Source: Octopus sinensis
Lineage: Eukaryota
DNA: 64,000 bases
NCBI RefSeq assembly: GCF_006345805.1
Contig: NC_042999.1
Location: 143,282,001-143,346,000 of the forward strand
Direction of reading: 5' to 3'
Below are positions 14,017 through 27,274 of the stretch, piece after piece. Within the stretch, counting starts at the first letter, position 1, and every line of letters begins with the position of its first letter. The translations under genes and the position numbers were made by a program. A model generated the notes under the pieces. It ran no database searches. It was not told where the DNA came from and saw only the letters and a list, made by a program, of their open reading frames with translations.

Positions 14017-15064
14017 TAACGGTATTATACTGGGGAATACAGAATACTACGCGAATGACGTAATAAGCAGAGCGCCCGACAAAATTCCTTGGGGTAGATA
14101 AGTGTTGTTCGACTCCATTTTGAGTTTAGCCGGAGTCAATTTTTGCCTTTCATCTTTCTTGGTTCGGTCAAATAAATTATTAACCTGCAATCAATTTAAA
14201 CGTCTGTGCTCACCCAAATCTTGTGAACTTGGGTTAATACTCCTTTTGTAGTTTCAGCCAGTGTCCTACGATTACGTTACTGGAATTATTGGAATTATAA
14301 TGTTTAATATTGATTATAGATATGGAAAGGGCAGTGGGTGTCAAGTATCAGTTGAGTGATAATGTTTAGCTACGGTCCTTTGACGATTCGATATAAAATC
14401 TTGTTGGAATGTACTTAGCCTTTCATCTTTTCTAGATTGGTAAAATAAGTATTAGTCATGTAATAAGTTCAATAAAATCGAAAATACGTCCCTCTTTAGC
14501 AATTGTGCGGCTTTGTGGCAATATACCAAATCAATACTGATTATATACATTCATGTACAAAGAAATATCGGAATTCAATAAAACTATTTTCCCCTTAAGT
14601 AAAATAAATTTACCTAATAGTTGACAACCTATCAAATCAGCTGTGCTTCCTGTTGTATGGGGCAGTCAGTTATAATGAGGCTTAGAAGTTGTATTAGATA
14701 ATATATACAGAGCCTGTAATTTAGAGTTTAAATTCTAATGATGTCGGCCTTAATATTGGTTAATAGAATCAGCAGAATACTAAAATTCGTGTGATTTAAT
14801 CATATTCACCTTCTTTATAAACAAGATGGCTGTATTTTGCTACGTTTAGTCTGATAGACTGATACATTTACACAATCATCTACGGCATTTTGTTCACCTA
14901 TTCTATTGACTAACGATTATACACGTAATATCGCTGACAAGATCAAGTGCAATCTTTACATATACACACAGAAACACACAAACACAAACACAGGTGCACG
15001 CGCGCCGCACGCACACACATACACACACACACACACACGCACACACACACACACATTCTATAAT

Positions 15065-15250
15065 TGGCAGAATCATTAGCACGCCGGGTGGAATGTTTGC
15101 AGCATTTCGTCCATCTTTACGTTCTGAGTGGTCGACTTTGCCTGCCATCCTTTCGAGGTCGATAAAATAAATAGCAGTCGAGCACTAGGGTCGATGTAAT
15201 CGATTAGTCCCCTCCCCGAAATTTCATGCCTTGTGCCTATTGTAAGGATT
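15065..15250 (+). mobile_element. SINE family A
   Basis: tggcagaatcattagcacgccggg...tacgttctgagt...gtcgactttgcc...catcctttcgaggtcgataaaataa...; (ATT/ATC)n tail. Confidence 0.85.
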
Positions 15251-15261
15251 ATTATTATTAC

Positions 15262-15300
<39 letters not shown>

Positions 15301-15329
15301 CATCATTATCATCATCATCATCGTCATCG

Positions 15330-15413
<84 letters not shown>

Positions 15414-15556
15414 GTAGTATTCTAGGCCTAGAATTTGGGTGAGAAGGTTAGTCGATTATATCGACCCCGAAAGGATGAAAGGCAGATGAAAGACAGACGT
15501 ACGCAACAGAACAGATTATCGTTATAAAACAGAATATGGTTATGACAACTAGAAAA

Positions 15557-16735
15557 TAAGCCATCTAATTTATATAGATAACTTAAAACTCTATGGCAAA
15601 GACAATGATAAGCATGAAGACCTATTATGTACTGTGAAAGCATTCTGTGATGATATCAGGATGGAGATTGGTCTTGATAAGTGTGCCAAGGTCACTGTCC
15701 AGAAAGTAAAATTCAAAACTTCAAATTCGGTCGTCTTAGATATTGATACAGTTATAAAATAATATCGAGCAGGGACACATCTGTAGGTACTTAGGAATAA
15801 ATAAAGGCTCCAGTATTCAGCATGTAAGCATGAAAGAGAAGATCAGGAAGGAATGTTAAAGGAGAGTTCGAGCAGTTCTGAAATCTGAGCTAGATGCACA
15901 TAGCAAGATGTTAACCATAAATATTTTGCAGTTCCAGCTGCTACTCATAGCTTCAATGTGGTGAACAGGAATATCAGTGAAATAAAGAAAATTGATAGAA
16001 AAATTCGTTAGCGCTGACTTGTAATAAGATGCACCACCCAAAGCAGAAGTGGATCGTCTTTACCTTCCCAGGGCCTAAGGAGATCAAGGCTTCATTCAGT
16101 TTTAACTTTCTTACAAAATCACCACAACTGGATTCACCAAATATCTTGAAACAGCTAACGACTGGATACTAAATCTTCTTAAAAATGTCGAGAGGCGTAA
16201 GAAGCTTCATTCTATCTTGAAGAAGAGCAAAAAGTTTGCTATTGATTTCATGTGCGTTACTCAGGCTGAATAGCCTGAGGGAAGTGTGACAACTGTTGTG
16301 GCAAAGAAAGTAAAATCAATGGCAACGAAAAAAGTGCATGAACAATAGGCTGGTAGATGGGAACAGAAACCTCTATTTGGTAAATATGTGACCGTAGTAA
16401 ACAAGCTAATGTCGACCATAAGCACACTCATCAGTGGCTACAAAGTCGTGGCTAAAGGCAGAGAAAATTATTTGAAAATGATCCCTGGCTTACCGTCCCT
16501 GCAACAAGTGCAAAAGCCTGTTTTGACCACACGCATGAGAACATTATCGCTGTGAGAGCAATTATCATCCGCGTAGATAATTTTTTTCTACATAACTTGA
16601 TTTAATTTTGTAACTGAATAATTTGATGTGTATATTTAATGACCTATCAATGTTTGCAGCGAGTTTCTTTGCTTTAGGAATCGAGAGAACATTCGGCAAT
16701 AAATGGAAACAAAATTGAAAGAAGAAAAATTCATA
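15557..16735 (+). pseudogene. Degenerate, internally deleted R4/Dong-like LINE (RT C-terminal half, jump to the RLE C-terminus, 3' UTR)
   Basis: ISHLIYIDNLKLYGK (YMDD-type motif), IGLDKCAK, YLGI, KEKIRKEC, IKKIDRKIR, MHHPKAEVDRLYLPR, RWEQKPLFGKY, THQWLQ, then YLKMIPGLPSLQQVQK; several stops and frameshifts. Confidence 0.85.
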
Positions 16736-16791
16736 AAAACAAGGACAGTAAGTTTGAAGGGAGAGTGTTATTATTATTATTATTATTATTA

Positions 16792-16825
<34 letters not shown>

Positions 16826-17380
16826 GAGTTAGAGAGCAGTTCATGCCATCAAAGTGTCACTGGGGTAAAATATACGAAGCCCAATATATCCATCATGACT
16901 ACCCGTCTGATAAGGGTACACCAGGCACATGCATCACAACCATATGTGCGCGACATGGTGATCTCATATCAAGATAAACAGCTCATGACCTTGCAGGTGG
17001 GGCCCAGTTAGAATTTTCTTCAGGTTGAGTAGCCCATCCCGCTCAAAAGGTCCCTGAATAAGGGTTGTTTAAGGATGTTGAACCAACCACCCATGTTTCC
17101 AGAGGTGAATTATTCAAACCCCAAAGAATCCCTCTCAACACATGGCTATGATGCTCCCCCACTACTTCTGCTCGTGATCAGAGCTGCACATATCGTCAGC
17201 CACTAAGGGACATGCTCAACTGGTTAAGGTCAAACAACTGACAAGCAAATCTGTGGTATTGAACAGAATATTTGCTGTAGCCCATCTTTTATACCAAGAC
17301 AAAACAATGTACATGATAACACTTCCAATCAGTTAAGATTAGAAGCCACGAGAGCCACTGCCTGGTACTGCATCAGGGCA
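16826..17380 (-). mobile_element. ~555-bp non-coding retroposon embedded in (TAA)n
   Basis: Unique-looking body bounded on both sides by long (TAA)n on the minus strand; a second 5'-truncated copy lies at 9544-9790. Confidence 0.75.
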
Positions 17381-17409
17381 TTATTATTATTATTATATTA
17401 TTATTATTA

Positions 17410-17501
<92 letters not shown>

Positions 17502-17612
17502 GTAGTAGTAGTAGTAGTGGCAGTAGTAATGATTCTTATTCGTCATAGGAGTATAGATGAGGGAGTATCACAAGAACAGTTCACAATTTGTGTGGGGAAA
17601 ATGTTAATAATG

Positions 17613-17662
<50 letters not shown>

Positions 17663-17665
17663 TAC

Positions 17666-18341
17666 CTGATCATTTCCAATGGTATTTACGTCTGCAGGAA
17701 TCTGTCTAATGAGAGTTTCGTTTCCGGGGATTCCTTGGACATCCGTTACAGCAACTGATGTTGTTGCTGCTATTGCTGCTGCTGATGTGGGGTTTGCAGT
17801 TGACCTCAGTGCCAGGCCAATATTGGGGCACAAGCCAGATGCCTGACTGTGACGGTTTGTAGTGACTGGCACCTGTCTGCTGACAGGCGGAAGCGGATTA
17901 ATAAGTACTTGTTCACTGACTTTCTGAATGGGCGCTCTTATTCTCGTTCCAAGAGACGACCTCAGATTAGGCGCTGAGTTCACTGCCACGCACACAGAAT
18001 CTCTATTGCTTTGGATATTGTTGTAGTTGTCTTTGAGGTTATTCGAGATCGTATTGGCAACGTTGTAAACTGTTGAAGAATTACAAAGTTGACTGTTTCC
18101 ACTCGAACCGCTAATCGTTTGCAAATTGTCACACGTTGGATTTGGAATACAAACAGTACTCACTGACAATCGTAAGTTGCCGTTTAGTTCTTCTTGATTA
18201 CCAGCTGGGAAGAACTTCTCGGTGTCTTGTCGAAATAATTCACTAGGATCAACACAGTAGTTTCCATTTTCATTGTTCTCAAGTATCATATCAACTACTT
18301 CCATAGGAAAAATGTCCCTGGTCCTGAAACCCTTGCCGTCT
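17666..18341 (-). CDS. Internal coding exon (676 nt) of an unidentified host gene; S/N/T/A-rich, probably disordered region
   Basis: Polypyrimidine acceptor tttctctttttcttttccacag|A at 18342/18341; donor CAG|gtaatt at 17666/17665; open frame xDGKGFRTRDIFPMEVVDMILENNENGNYCVDPSELFRQ...TIGNDQ (1+675 nt); non-repetitive and more GC-rich than its flanks. Confidence 0.85.
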
Positions 18342-18609
18342 CTGTGGAAAAGAAAAAGAGAAATGACATCAGATCATCAGGGTTTGAGAAAGAAGACAAC
18401 TGTTATTGATGTTTACAAAAAGCATACCAGTAATTATTCATGATTGGTAATGAGTGAATGAATAAAGCAACCTACCTAGCTACCTTCCTACATGCCTGCC
18501 TACCTACCTACCTACCTACCTACCACCTACGTACGTAGTGCCTACCGACCAATCTCTCTCTTTCTTTATTTCCTTCTTTCTTTATTTCCTTCTTTCTTTC
18601 TTTTTTCTT

Positions 18610-18654
<45 letters not shown>

Positions 18655-18673
18655 TTGTGTATGTGTGTGTGTG

Positions 18674-18707
<34 letters not shown>

Positions 18708-18708
<1 letters not shown>

Positions 18709-19497
18709 TAGCATTATGACCCGTCTTTGCCGGGTCATAGTGCTAGTGCATGTATATATGTGTACATATTACATGTACATCTCTCTCTATATATATACAT
18801 CTACACATAAAATACAAAATACAAAATTATATCTTGATATCGCTAGTGATAACAATACTGAAAATATATAACAGACTGGAATTGTAGGACTATTCCATTT
18901 CTGCACGCTAATTGTATTATTAATTTATTCCCATTCATGTGAAACCACTTATTCAAGTTCAAGTCATTGATACGATTTTATACCATTTGCTATTTTTACT
19001 TATGTTATGTTACGATTATATTATACTTTAGTTTGATTTTAATTATTACTTACTACATATAATTCAATTGTTATTATTACCACTAATTTTTATTGTTAAA
19101 GTGAAAGTATCTGACATAAAATAGAGAAATGTTTTTGTTTCACTTTTAACACGTAATACTGAAATAGTGGAGAAGATATGTTATTGCTATGGGCTCGCCG
19201 TAGGCAAGAAGTTGAACATTATTTTGCCCATGAAACTACATGGACCCTAAGTAAGGCAGGTGTAAAATTTGAATCAAAGTGGTTGTGTAGTTCTCAAGTT
19301 TTAGGAAATCGTAGTGGAGAAGATATGATATTGCTGTGGGCTCGCCCTAGGCAAAATTTTTTTGCCGATGACACTCCCCGGACCCTAAGTAAGGCATGTG
19401 TAAAATTTGAATGAAATTGGTTGTGTAGTTCTCAAGTTTTAGGGAAACACACAGACAGACAGACAGACACACATTCTCAGTTTTATATATAGAGAGA
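18708..19497 (-). mobile_element. Non-autonomous Helitron-like element with internal ~145-bp tandem repeat
   Basis: Minus strand A|TCTCTCTATATATAAAA...CTAG|T; terminal palindrome actagcattatgacccg-tctttgc-cgggtcatagtgctagt; duplicated unit agtggagaagatatg...gtagttctcaagtttta. Confidence 0.8.
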
Positions 19498-20999
19498 TAC
19501 ATACATACATAAAATTAAATCCAATCCACTATATGGAAAATAGGGAAGAACACATCCAATCTTTCACTGGTTCCACTGCTTAATATTCAATTTTGTAGCG
19601 AAAAACTTACAACTCACATGGGTATATATTAAATTTATAAAAATGAATAGAAAATGGAGATGTACAATTGTCAATTCAAAAATTTAAATTCATTAACATA
19701 CTATATTATATATATTCTTATACCAATATAATAGAATATAATAAATTATAAATATCAAATACAAATTACAATTGTTTGGATTCTTACCCATAATAAAAAT
19801 TATAAAAATCCATTGTTTGTTGGTAAGAAATAGTTAATTCAGTGTTTAATTTAATATCTAGGGGATAATGTTGTTATAATATTTTTAAGAAAGTTTCTTT
19901 TTTAAATAAACTACGCAATTTTTAATTATTAATCATTAAGTTTTAGTAATGATTATTATAAATAATTAATGCAATGTAATTTATAATATTATTTGCTATT
20001 TGGCTAGAGATGATAAAGTATTTGAAATATATTATTTTACTATTTACCCATAAATAGCGTATTGTTATTTATAACACGTATTCTTAATAATATGAAAAAA
20101 TGAAAAGGGTATTTCTTATTTCGTCACGGTTTTAAAAATATTAAAAAAAATATTGTTCCTAGTATTTAAAAAAAATTAATGCGCCAAGATACATTTAGAT
20201 TAAAACTAGCAAACGTTGCTTTGGTGGTATTTTTTCATCAAATAATTGAACTACTGAGAAGATTTATGAGTAGCACGGCAATCTATGTTTCCGATTAACC
20301 TAGGAATGGAAAATCAAATTGAAGGCTGGTTATTGTGGAGGTCGTTACACTTTAATGATCATAGAACATATAGGTTTGCAAGAGATGTAAAGTAGGGCTA
20401 CTGAAGTGTTTTGGGAGTAGATTACGGATAATGACTGCAAAATATAGTTGTTTTACATGAAAGCGAAATTTATATCAGAAACAGCCACATAAATGGTGTA
20501 ACGAAATTAAAGGAAGACGTTGAAACTTTCCCTCTGCGAGTTTATTTTTTTCAACTGCAAAAGGAACTTTTTTCGAAGAGATAAGCTAACAAAAGCCCCT
20601 TTATTCTGTCTTCCTACATAAACTAACAGTGAATGCTGCATAAAGTTAAATTGGGATGGAGCTTTCTGAAAGATACGTATAGGTTTCACTACTGGAAACA
20701 AAACTCTTATTTAAAGGTTGATACTTTGGGACGAATCATATGCGATTGTTTAAAAGAGGCTAGAACGACAATACTAAAACGTATTTGAAACAATGGACAA
20801 CAGTCGAAATATCATAACGGATAGGTAAATAAGCATCCTTAAAGTGAAACAATGCATTGGTAGGTAAACAAAGGTATCAACAAATAGAAGCGAAGGAAGG
20901 GAACATCACCTTTCAAGTAACTCAGAATAGGTAAAGGAAGCTTGCTAAAGTTTAATGCAGTCTAAATATTGAGATTAAGATTGTTTGGTATTGGGTATT

Positions 21000-21580
21000 G
21001 ATCGCGTACAGTGTTCCTAGTCAATTTAATCACCGTGGCAGGTGGACAGTCGAAATAAATAAATAGACAAATTCCTTTCATTTTTATAAAAAAAATTATA
21101 AAAAGAATAAAAACTATGAAAGACCCTACATACAAAACAAGACTATGTCCATTTAGGTCCATTTACGCGAAAGCTCTGGGCAAAATGTTTAGTCCATGAC
21201 CATCTTTGGGACATAAGTAATATGTGTGTAAAGTTTGGTGAAAATAGGTTGAGAATTGTGGAAATGTATGCGTTCAGTGTACATAGTCAATTTAATCACT
21301 GTTGCTGGTGGACAGTGAAAGTAAATAAATAAATAGGTAAAATCCTTTCACTTTTATAAAAATATTTTTAAAAGTATGGAAGACCCTACAGATTATAATA
21401 CAGCTGATTAATGCAAATGAATAGGAATCATCTACGGTTGGTTTTCCATCGCTCTAAAGGCTCCAATATCGATTAAAAAAAAATCTAAGTAGCCTCTGTT
21501 CGGGTCTGAGATATGAAGCAGCTGTGTATAAAAGTTTAAAGAAATCGATTGAAAGATGCCGAAGTTATTGCGGTACATTA
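21000..21580. repeat. ~270-bp diverged tandem repeat, probably Helitron-like internal sequence
   Basis: tagtcaatttaatcac.gt.gc.ggtggacagt...aagaccctaca occurs twice; gtgtaaagtttggtgaaaat motif resembles the other Helitron-like elements. Confidence 0.55.
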
Positions 21581-22239
21581 AATTTTTGTACATACACACG
21601 CGCGCGCGCATTTAGTTATTCCAAAGAGGGTGGTGACAATTTCAAAAGAATTCAGAGATGATTCTGCGATTATAATGATAATGTTATCAAACGTTTATTG
21701 GGAGAAACTTTAGTGGGTCCCAAACTGTTTATTTAACACGTGTGTTTATAAGTATAGCTGCATACGAATACCCATCAATACATACACATACATACACACA
21801 CCTTTAGAAAGTTGACTCGAGGCTAATCGAACCGATTTTTCTGTTGGCATCCCCACAAAAACTTAGTTGTGATTGAATTTGAGAAATGAGAATTTTGGAA
21901 TCCATAGATTCTAAACTATTGATATTTTGGAAGGCCGACACAAGAATTAAAAATGTCTGCATGGTTTCAAAAGCAGTTGAAAAGAAAAGTTGTAAAGATA
22001 TTCTATGGCGAAGAACATGACAGAAGAACTTGCTCCTGAAAACTGTGAATTCTTTCACATAACCGCATACAAACATAATCAATTTTTAGAATTTTAAAAA
22101 TAACTTTAAATGGCTTCATTATTTTACCGATTCCAGCCTTAAAGTCTGTGGCTATGCTGGGAGCACATATATGATATTTCTTTTAAGCCTTATATATATA
22201 TATTATATATATATATATAATATATATATATATATATGT

Positions 22240-22410
22240 ATATATATATGTATATATATATGTATATGTGCATATGTATGTATATGTGCATATGTATGTA
22301 TATGTGCATATGTATGTATATGTGCATATGTATGTATATGTGCATATGTATGTATATGTGCATATATATGTATATATATATGTATATATATATGTATATG
22401 TGCATATATA
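22240..22410. repeat. 18-bp minisatellite (tatgtatatgtgcatatg)n within (TA)n
   Basis: Visible tandem units; a second array lies at about 23305-23375. Confidence 0.85.
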
Positions 22411-23232
22411 TATATATATATGTGTGTGTGTATATATATATGGATAGATAGATAGGTACATGCAGATACACATACATATGAATGTATGTTTGTATACACA
22501 TATGCATACCTAGTCACAGATACGCACAGCCACGCGCACACAACCGCACGCACACACACACATCCAGCCACCCAAACAATCCCCCCTCCCATTTGTATCA
22601 GTCATGCGCCTTTTCAATCACCTATGTATGATGTGTCTCCCAAGCTATTAAATTTACCTTCCCATAGCATCCACTATATATCTCCATCCACGTCAACACA
22701 CCGTTCATTGATGAAAGTATTGAAGTCATTAGGTTTCTCTACGTCAGCTTGATGCGATTGTGTGATTAGTGCAGGGAGAGAAAGAGTGGGAGAGGGAGAG
22801 AAAGAGGGAGAGAGGGAGAGGAAGAGAGAGAGAGAGAGAGAAGAAGAGAGAGAAAGTGAAAAACAGAAAATTGGATTAACAGACTGATAGCTCGATATTT
22901 ATACATACATATATACATACATACAAACATACATACACACACAAAGACACACACATATATATGGGTGTGTGTGTGTATGACATACATGTATATAAATACA
23001 TATTCATATACATACATTCGTATGTATATAAATACATATTCATATACATATATTCGTATGTGTGTATATATCTGTGTCTGTCTGTCTATATATTTAGATA
23101 TGGATATGTGTTTTTCTGACTATACATAATAAACACACATGACCAGGTGGAGAGATAGATAGAGGAACAGATAGTGAATATACATACATTCATATGCAGA
23201 TACATACACGAACGCACACACACACACACACT

Positions 23233-23308
<76 letters not shown>

Positions 23309-23372
23309 GTATATGTGCATATGTATGTATATGTGCATATGTATGTATATGTGCATATATATGTATATGTGC

Positions 23373-23439
<67 letters not shown>

Positions 23440-24633
23440 ATTAGGAGAAAAGGCTGATGAGAGAAGGGACCACGGCAAGTATTAGTGGAATGAAGGAATA
23501 AAGAAACAGACAAAGATGAGAAAGAAAGGGAGAGGGAGAGAGAAGGGAAATTAGGGAAAGGAAATGAGACGGAATGAGAGTGAGAAAGGGAGGTAGGGAG
23601 GAGGAAAGAGAAAGAGAGAGAGAGAGGGAGAGAAAGAGAAATTATGAAAGGAGTTGATGAGGAACATTTACGCCTGATTATATAAGTGTGTGTGCGCGAG
23701 CATGAGTGTGTATGTGTATGCATACATGAGCATACGAATAGAGGCTCACATACAGATAATGTTTGATGCAATAGCTTTGATCGCATACATTGTAAGTTTA
23801 CAAAGAGCCAAAGGCTTTTATAAATACAGAGCGAAATCATCCGGAAAAGATAACCAAATGAAATAACCGTTTTTAACAAAAACAAGAAAACAAATGAAAA
23901 TATTACATATATATATACACCCACATATATTTTTAAAAAAATCACACAGAATATTTTGAAACAAACCAAAAAGCAAATGAAGCAATGCATGGTTGATAAA
24001 TTCTTTCAATAACATGCAATGTTCAATAGGAAACATATTGAAATCAATAATAAATGCCTGAATGCGCATGCACAATTGGTTTTAAGCCCGTTAAACATCA
24101 CCGTATGTTACATATTATATTGATTTCTAACATCGGTAAAAGGCCACAGATTTATGCTAAAAGTTGCGGTAAATATGATTGTGTGGAGTTTATGCCTTTC
24201 TGAAAATGTGGAGTCTATGCCTTTCTGAAAAATGTATTGCCAAAGTGAAAAAAACTAGAAAGGTTTTTACAACAGTAAATCGAAATTGTTGGTTATGAGT
24301 TGTTATAAAAAAGGCATCGAGTTGGCTGAAATTTTTGACTCGAACGAAAATGCCTGCTTGATTCCAAATTCAAATCATTACATTGTCGATTTTTACCTTT
24401 CATCCGACAGAAATCGATGAAGTATATTTTAGTAATATGCTGGAGATAATTCACTAGATTATACATGCCCACTTCCACAGAAACTTTGGCTCCCTATCTT
24501 GTCCAGATTAATCAATTTTTGGCTATCAGGAAACCATAGAAAATATCCCAACGAAACTTTTCAATAACTTTCAGTTTTATCTCGTTTTGTAAATGTATAC
24601 ACTTCTTTCTGAATCTATCTATCTATCTATCTA

Positions 24634-24693
<60 letters not shown>

Positions 24694-24789
24694 AATCTAT
24701 TTGTCTCTGCTAATCGCTTCACTAATTTTCCTTTGATGACATCCAAGTAGAGACGTCTTCATTGTGTTTTCCTTTTAAGCTGTCAAAAC

Positions 24790-24965
24790 GGGCCGAGAGG
24801 GAAACATCGACGTGATTCCTCGCGTATTTAAAAATAACAGACAAATCTCTTTTAAATCAAATTCTATTGACTTAAAGGTGGAAGAATATCGATTAGATAA
24901 TATAGTGTAGAAAACAGGTAGGTCACGGTCGAAACGCCTTTGATCATAAGTCTACACGGACCGAA
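24790..24965 (+). repeat. Diverged interspersed repeat (family D, probable SINE body/tail)
   Basis: aaatctct..taaatca...attagataatatagt...ggtcacggtcgaaacgcctttgatcataagtct resembles 32370-32575 and the reverse complement of about 45610-45790. Confidence 0.5.
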
Positions 24966-25879
24966 ACAGTAACTGTATTAACATCACCGCTACATCTCTC
25001 TCCCGGGCAATGTCTTTTTTCTTTAGATCAACAAATAAATAAACAAACGACAGCCGGCCATCTCTGATGGATGGTTAATAATAACTACGGTTATATTGAT
25101 TAGGATAATTCATTGCCAACTGCAGCATTCTGTATCCATGGTCACTAACAACCTGTACGTGTTCATCGAACGATCGATACCCACTCTCCACGACAACTTC
25201 ACTAATTTAACAATTGCTGTAATGTTGAAGAGCCAAACGAAATCTATAATGTGAGACTAGTAGGGGAAACAGTTTCACTTCTCTAGACCCTTCATTTAGA
25301 ATACAGCACCCAAAATCTGACTTACAAAGATGATATTTACTGTGAATGCAGGAAGATAGGTGCCTAATACCTAATGCAACTAGAAATTTACAATAAATTA
25401 TACTCTTTATGGCTACAAAAATATTAAGTAAAGTAAAGCATTAATAGAAACTAATACAGAAAACTACAAAACACGGAAAATACAAATAACTGTTTTCTGT
25501 CTTCAAAGAGGTTATCAAAGACAAAGTAGATATGAGGTTTGCGAACAGCCTCAACATTGAGGTGAAAATAAAACGAACAGAGTAAGATAGAAAAGGAAAT
25601 TCGCAACTGTGTATGAGAAGTGCTAGATTAAACTGAGTGTGAAGGATTCTTGATAGCCGTAGAAGATTTCCCACAAGAAACCACCAGAAGCAAATAACGA
25701 AGCAGATTATATTAACTGTTGTATATATGAAGATAGAGCAACAACCACATTATGTTTAGCTTCCAAGTGTTAGCCAATAGAGAATACATTCAGAAATATG
25801 ACAGAAATGAGGTTTTTATATTTATGATTTTCAAAATGTAATCACATGTGAATCGTTGGCGATTTTTTTGGACTCTATT

Positions 25880-26010
25880 GGACTTTCATCTGTCTCTTGT
25901 TTCTGAAGAAGAGCTTTGCTCCAAATGTAAAAACCACCTTTCTTTCCTTCCCTGAGTGTCTGCTAATACTTTACGTATACCACATCCTTGCGTTGTTGTT
26001 TTTTTTTGGG
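25880..26010 (+). mobile_element. Penelope-like pseudo-LTR fragment with a mutated minimal hammerhead
   Basis: gtttCTGAAGAagagctttgctcCAAAtgtaaaaac, then cctgagtgtctgctaatac...gttgttgttttt, next to (TA)n. Confidence 0.65.
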
Positions 26011-26119
26011 GGGTGGTGGGTTTCTTCGTTTACTATTTCATATATATATACATATATATATACATATTATATATATATTATTATATATATATATATATAT
26101 TATATTATATATATATAAG

Positions 26120-26153
<34 letters not shown>

Positions 26154-26190
26154 TATGTATATATATATAAATAATATATATATTATATAT

Positions 26191-26547
26191 TGTTTCAGTC
26201 ATTTGACTGCGGCCATGCTGGAGCACCGCCTTTAGTCGAGCAAATCGACCCCAGGACTTATTCTTTTTGCCGAACTGCTAAGTTACGGGGGCGTAAACAC
26301 ACCAGCATCGGTTGTCAAGCGATGTTGGCGGAAAAACAGGCACAAACACACATACACATATATATACATATACATATATACGACGGGCTTCTTTACAGTT
26401 TCCGTCTACCAAATCCACTCACAAGGCTTTGGTCGGCCCCAGGCTATAGTAGAAGACACTTGCCCAAGGTGCCACGCAGGGGGACTGATCCCGGAACTAT
26501 GCGGTTGGTAAGGAAGCTACTTACAACACAGCCACTCCTGCGCCTAT
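26191..26547 (-). mobile_element. SINE family B (full head, small internal deletion)
   Basis: Minus strand ataggcgcaggagtggctgtgttgtaagtagc...ccttgggcaagtgtc...gactgaaaca. Confidence 0.9.
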
Positions 26548-26639
26548 AAAATATAAAGATCTGAAAATTAAATAGAATATAGGACCCGGAAAAGAAACGC
26601 TCCTTAAAATAGGAGTTGCATCGGGAATTCATAACCCAA

Positions 26640-26790
26640 GACCCAGGATTTACATCTATGCATATCATACATAAAATTGCACTACTAGGTAATGTCCATA
26701 TATTGCAGAGAATACTCTGAAAACAATAGCAAATATAAAACCAGAACAAACTGCACAGAACTGCGCTCGATAGAACGGTAAAAGCATGTA
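26640..26790 (+). pseudogene. R4/Dong-like LINE 3' end
   Basis: PGFTSMHIIHKIALLGNVHILQRIL* (QKIALLGTAHILR-type motif), short UTR, then (TAA)n. Confidence 0.7.
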
Positions 26791-26802
26791 ATAATAATGA
26801 TG

Positions 26803-26849
<47 letters not shown>

Positions 26850-27104
26850 CTGTAAAAGCAAGTTTTTCTATTGGGGAGGCATTATAACTCAGCTTCTGCT
26901 AAATAATCTGAATATTAAATAAAACACCTAAATTGTTATGAATATTTTAAACAGAAACAAATTGGGTGCAAGCGTGAAAGGGTATAAAATATATATGTAT
27001 CTATACGTATTGTGTATAAACGCACGCGCGCACACACCTACATGCATAGACACACACATGCATTTATTTTCACTTTAATATATATATAAATATATATATA
27101 TATA

Positions 27105-27135
<31 letters not shown>

Positions 27136-27143
27136 ATATATAA

Positions 27144-27252
<109 letters not shown>

Positions 27253-27274
27253 TATAATATAATAATATATATAT

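Noticed and set aside
17543-17665. Poly-Ile hydrophobic C-terminus of the 253-aa ORF (apparent TM helix)
   Set aside because: It lies beyond the GT donor at 17665 and is intronic (TAA)n
22240-22410. Regular short repeats considered as a CRISPR-like array (also 51860-51945)
   Set aside because: Head-to-tail units with no unique spacers, no cas genes, eukaryotic context
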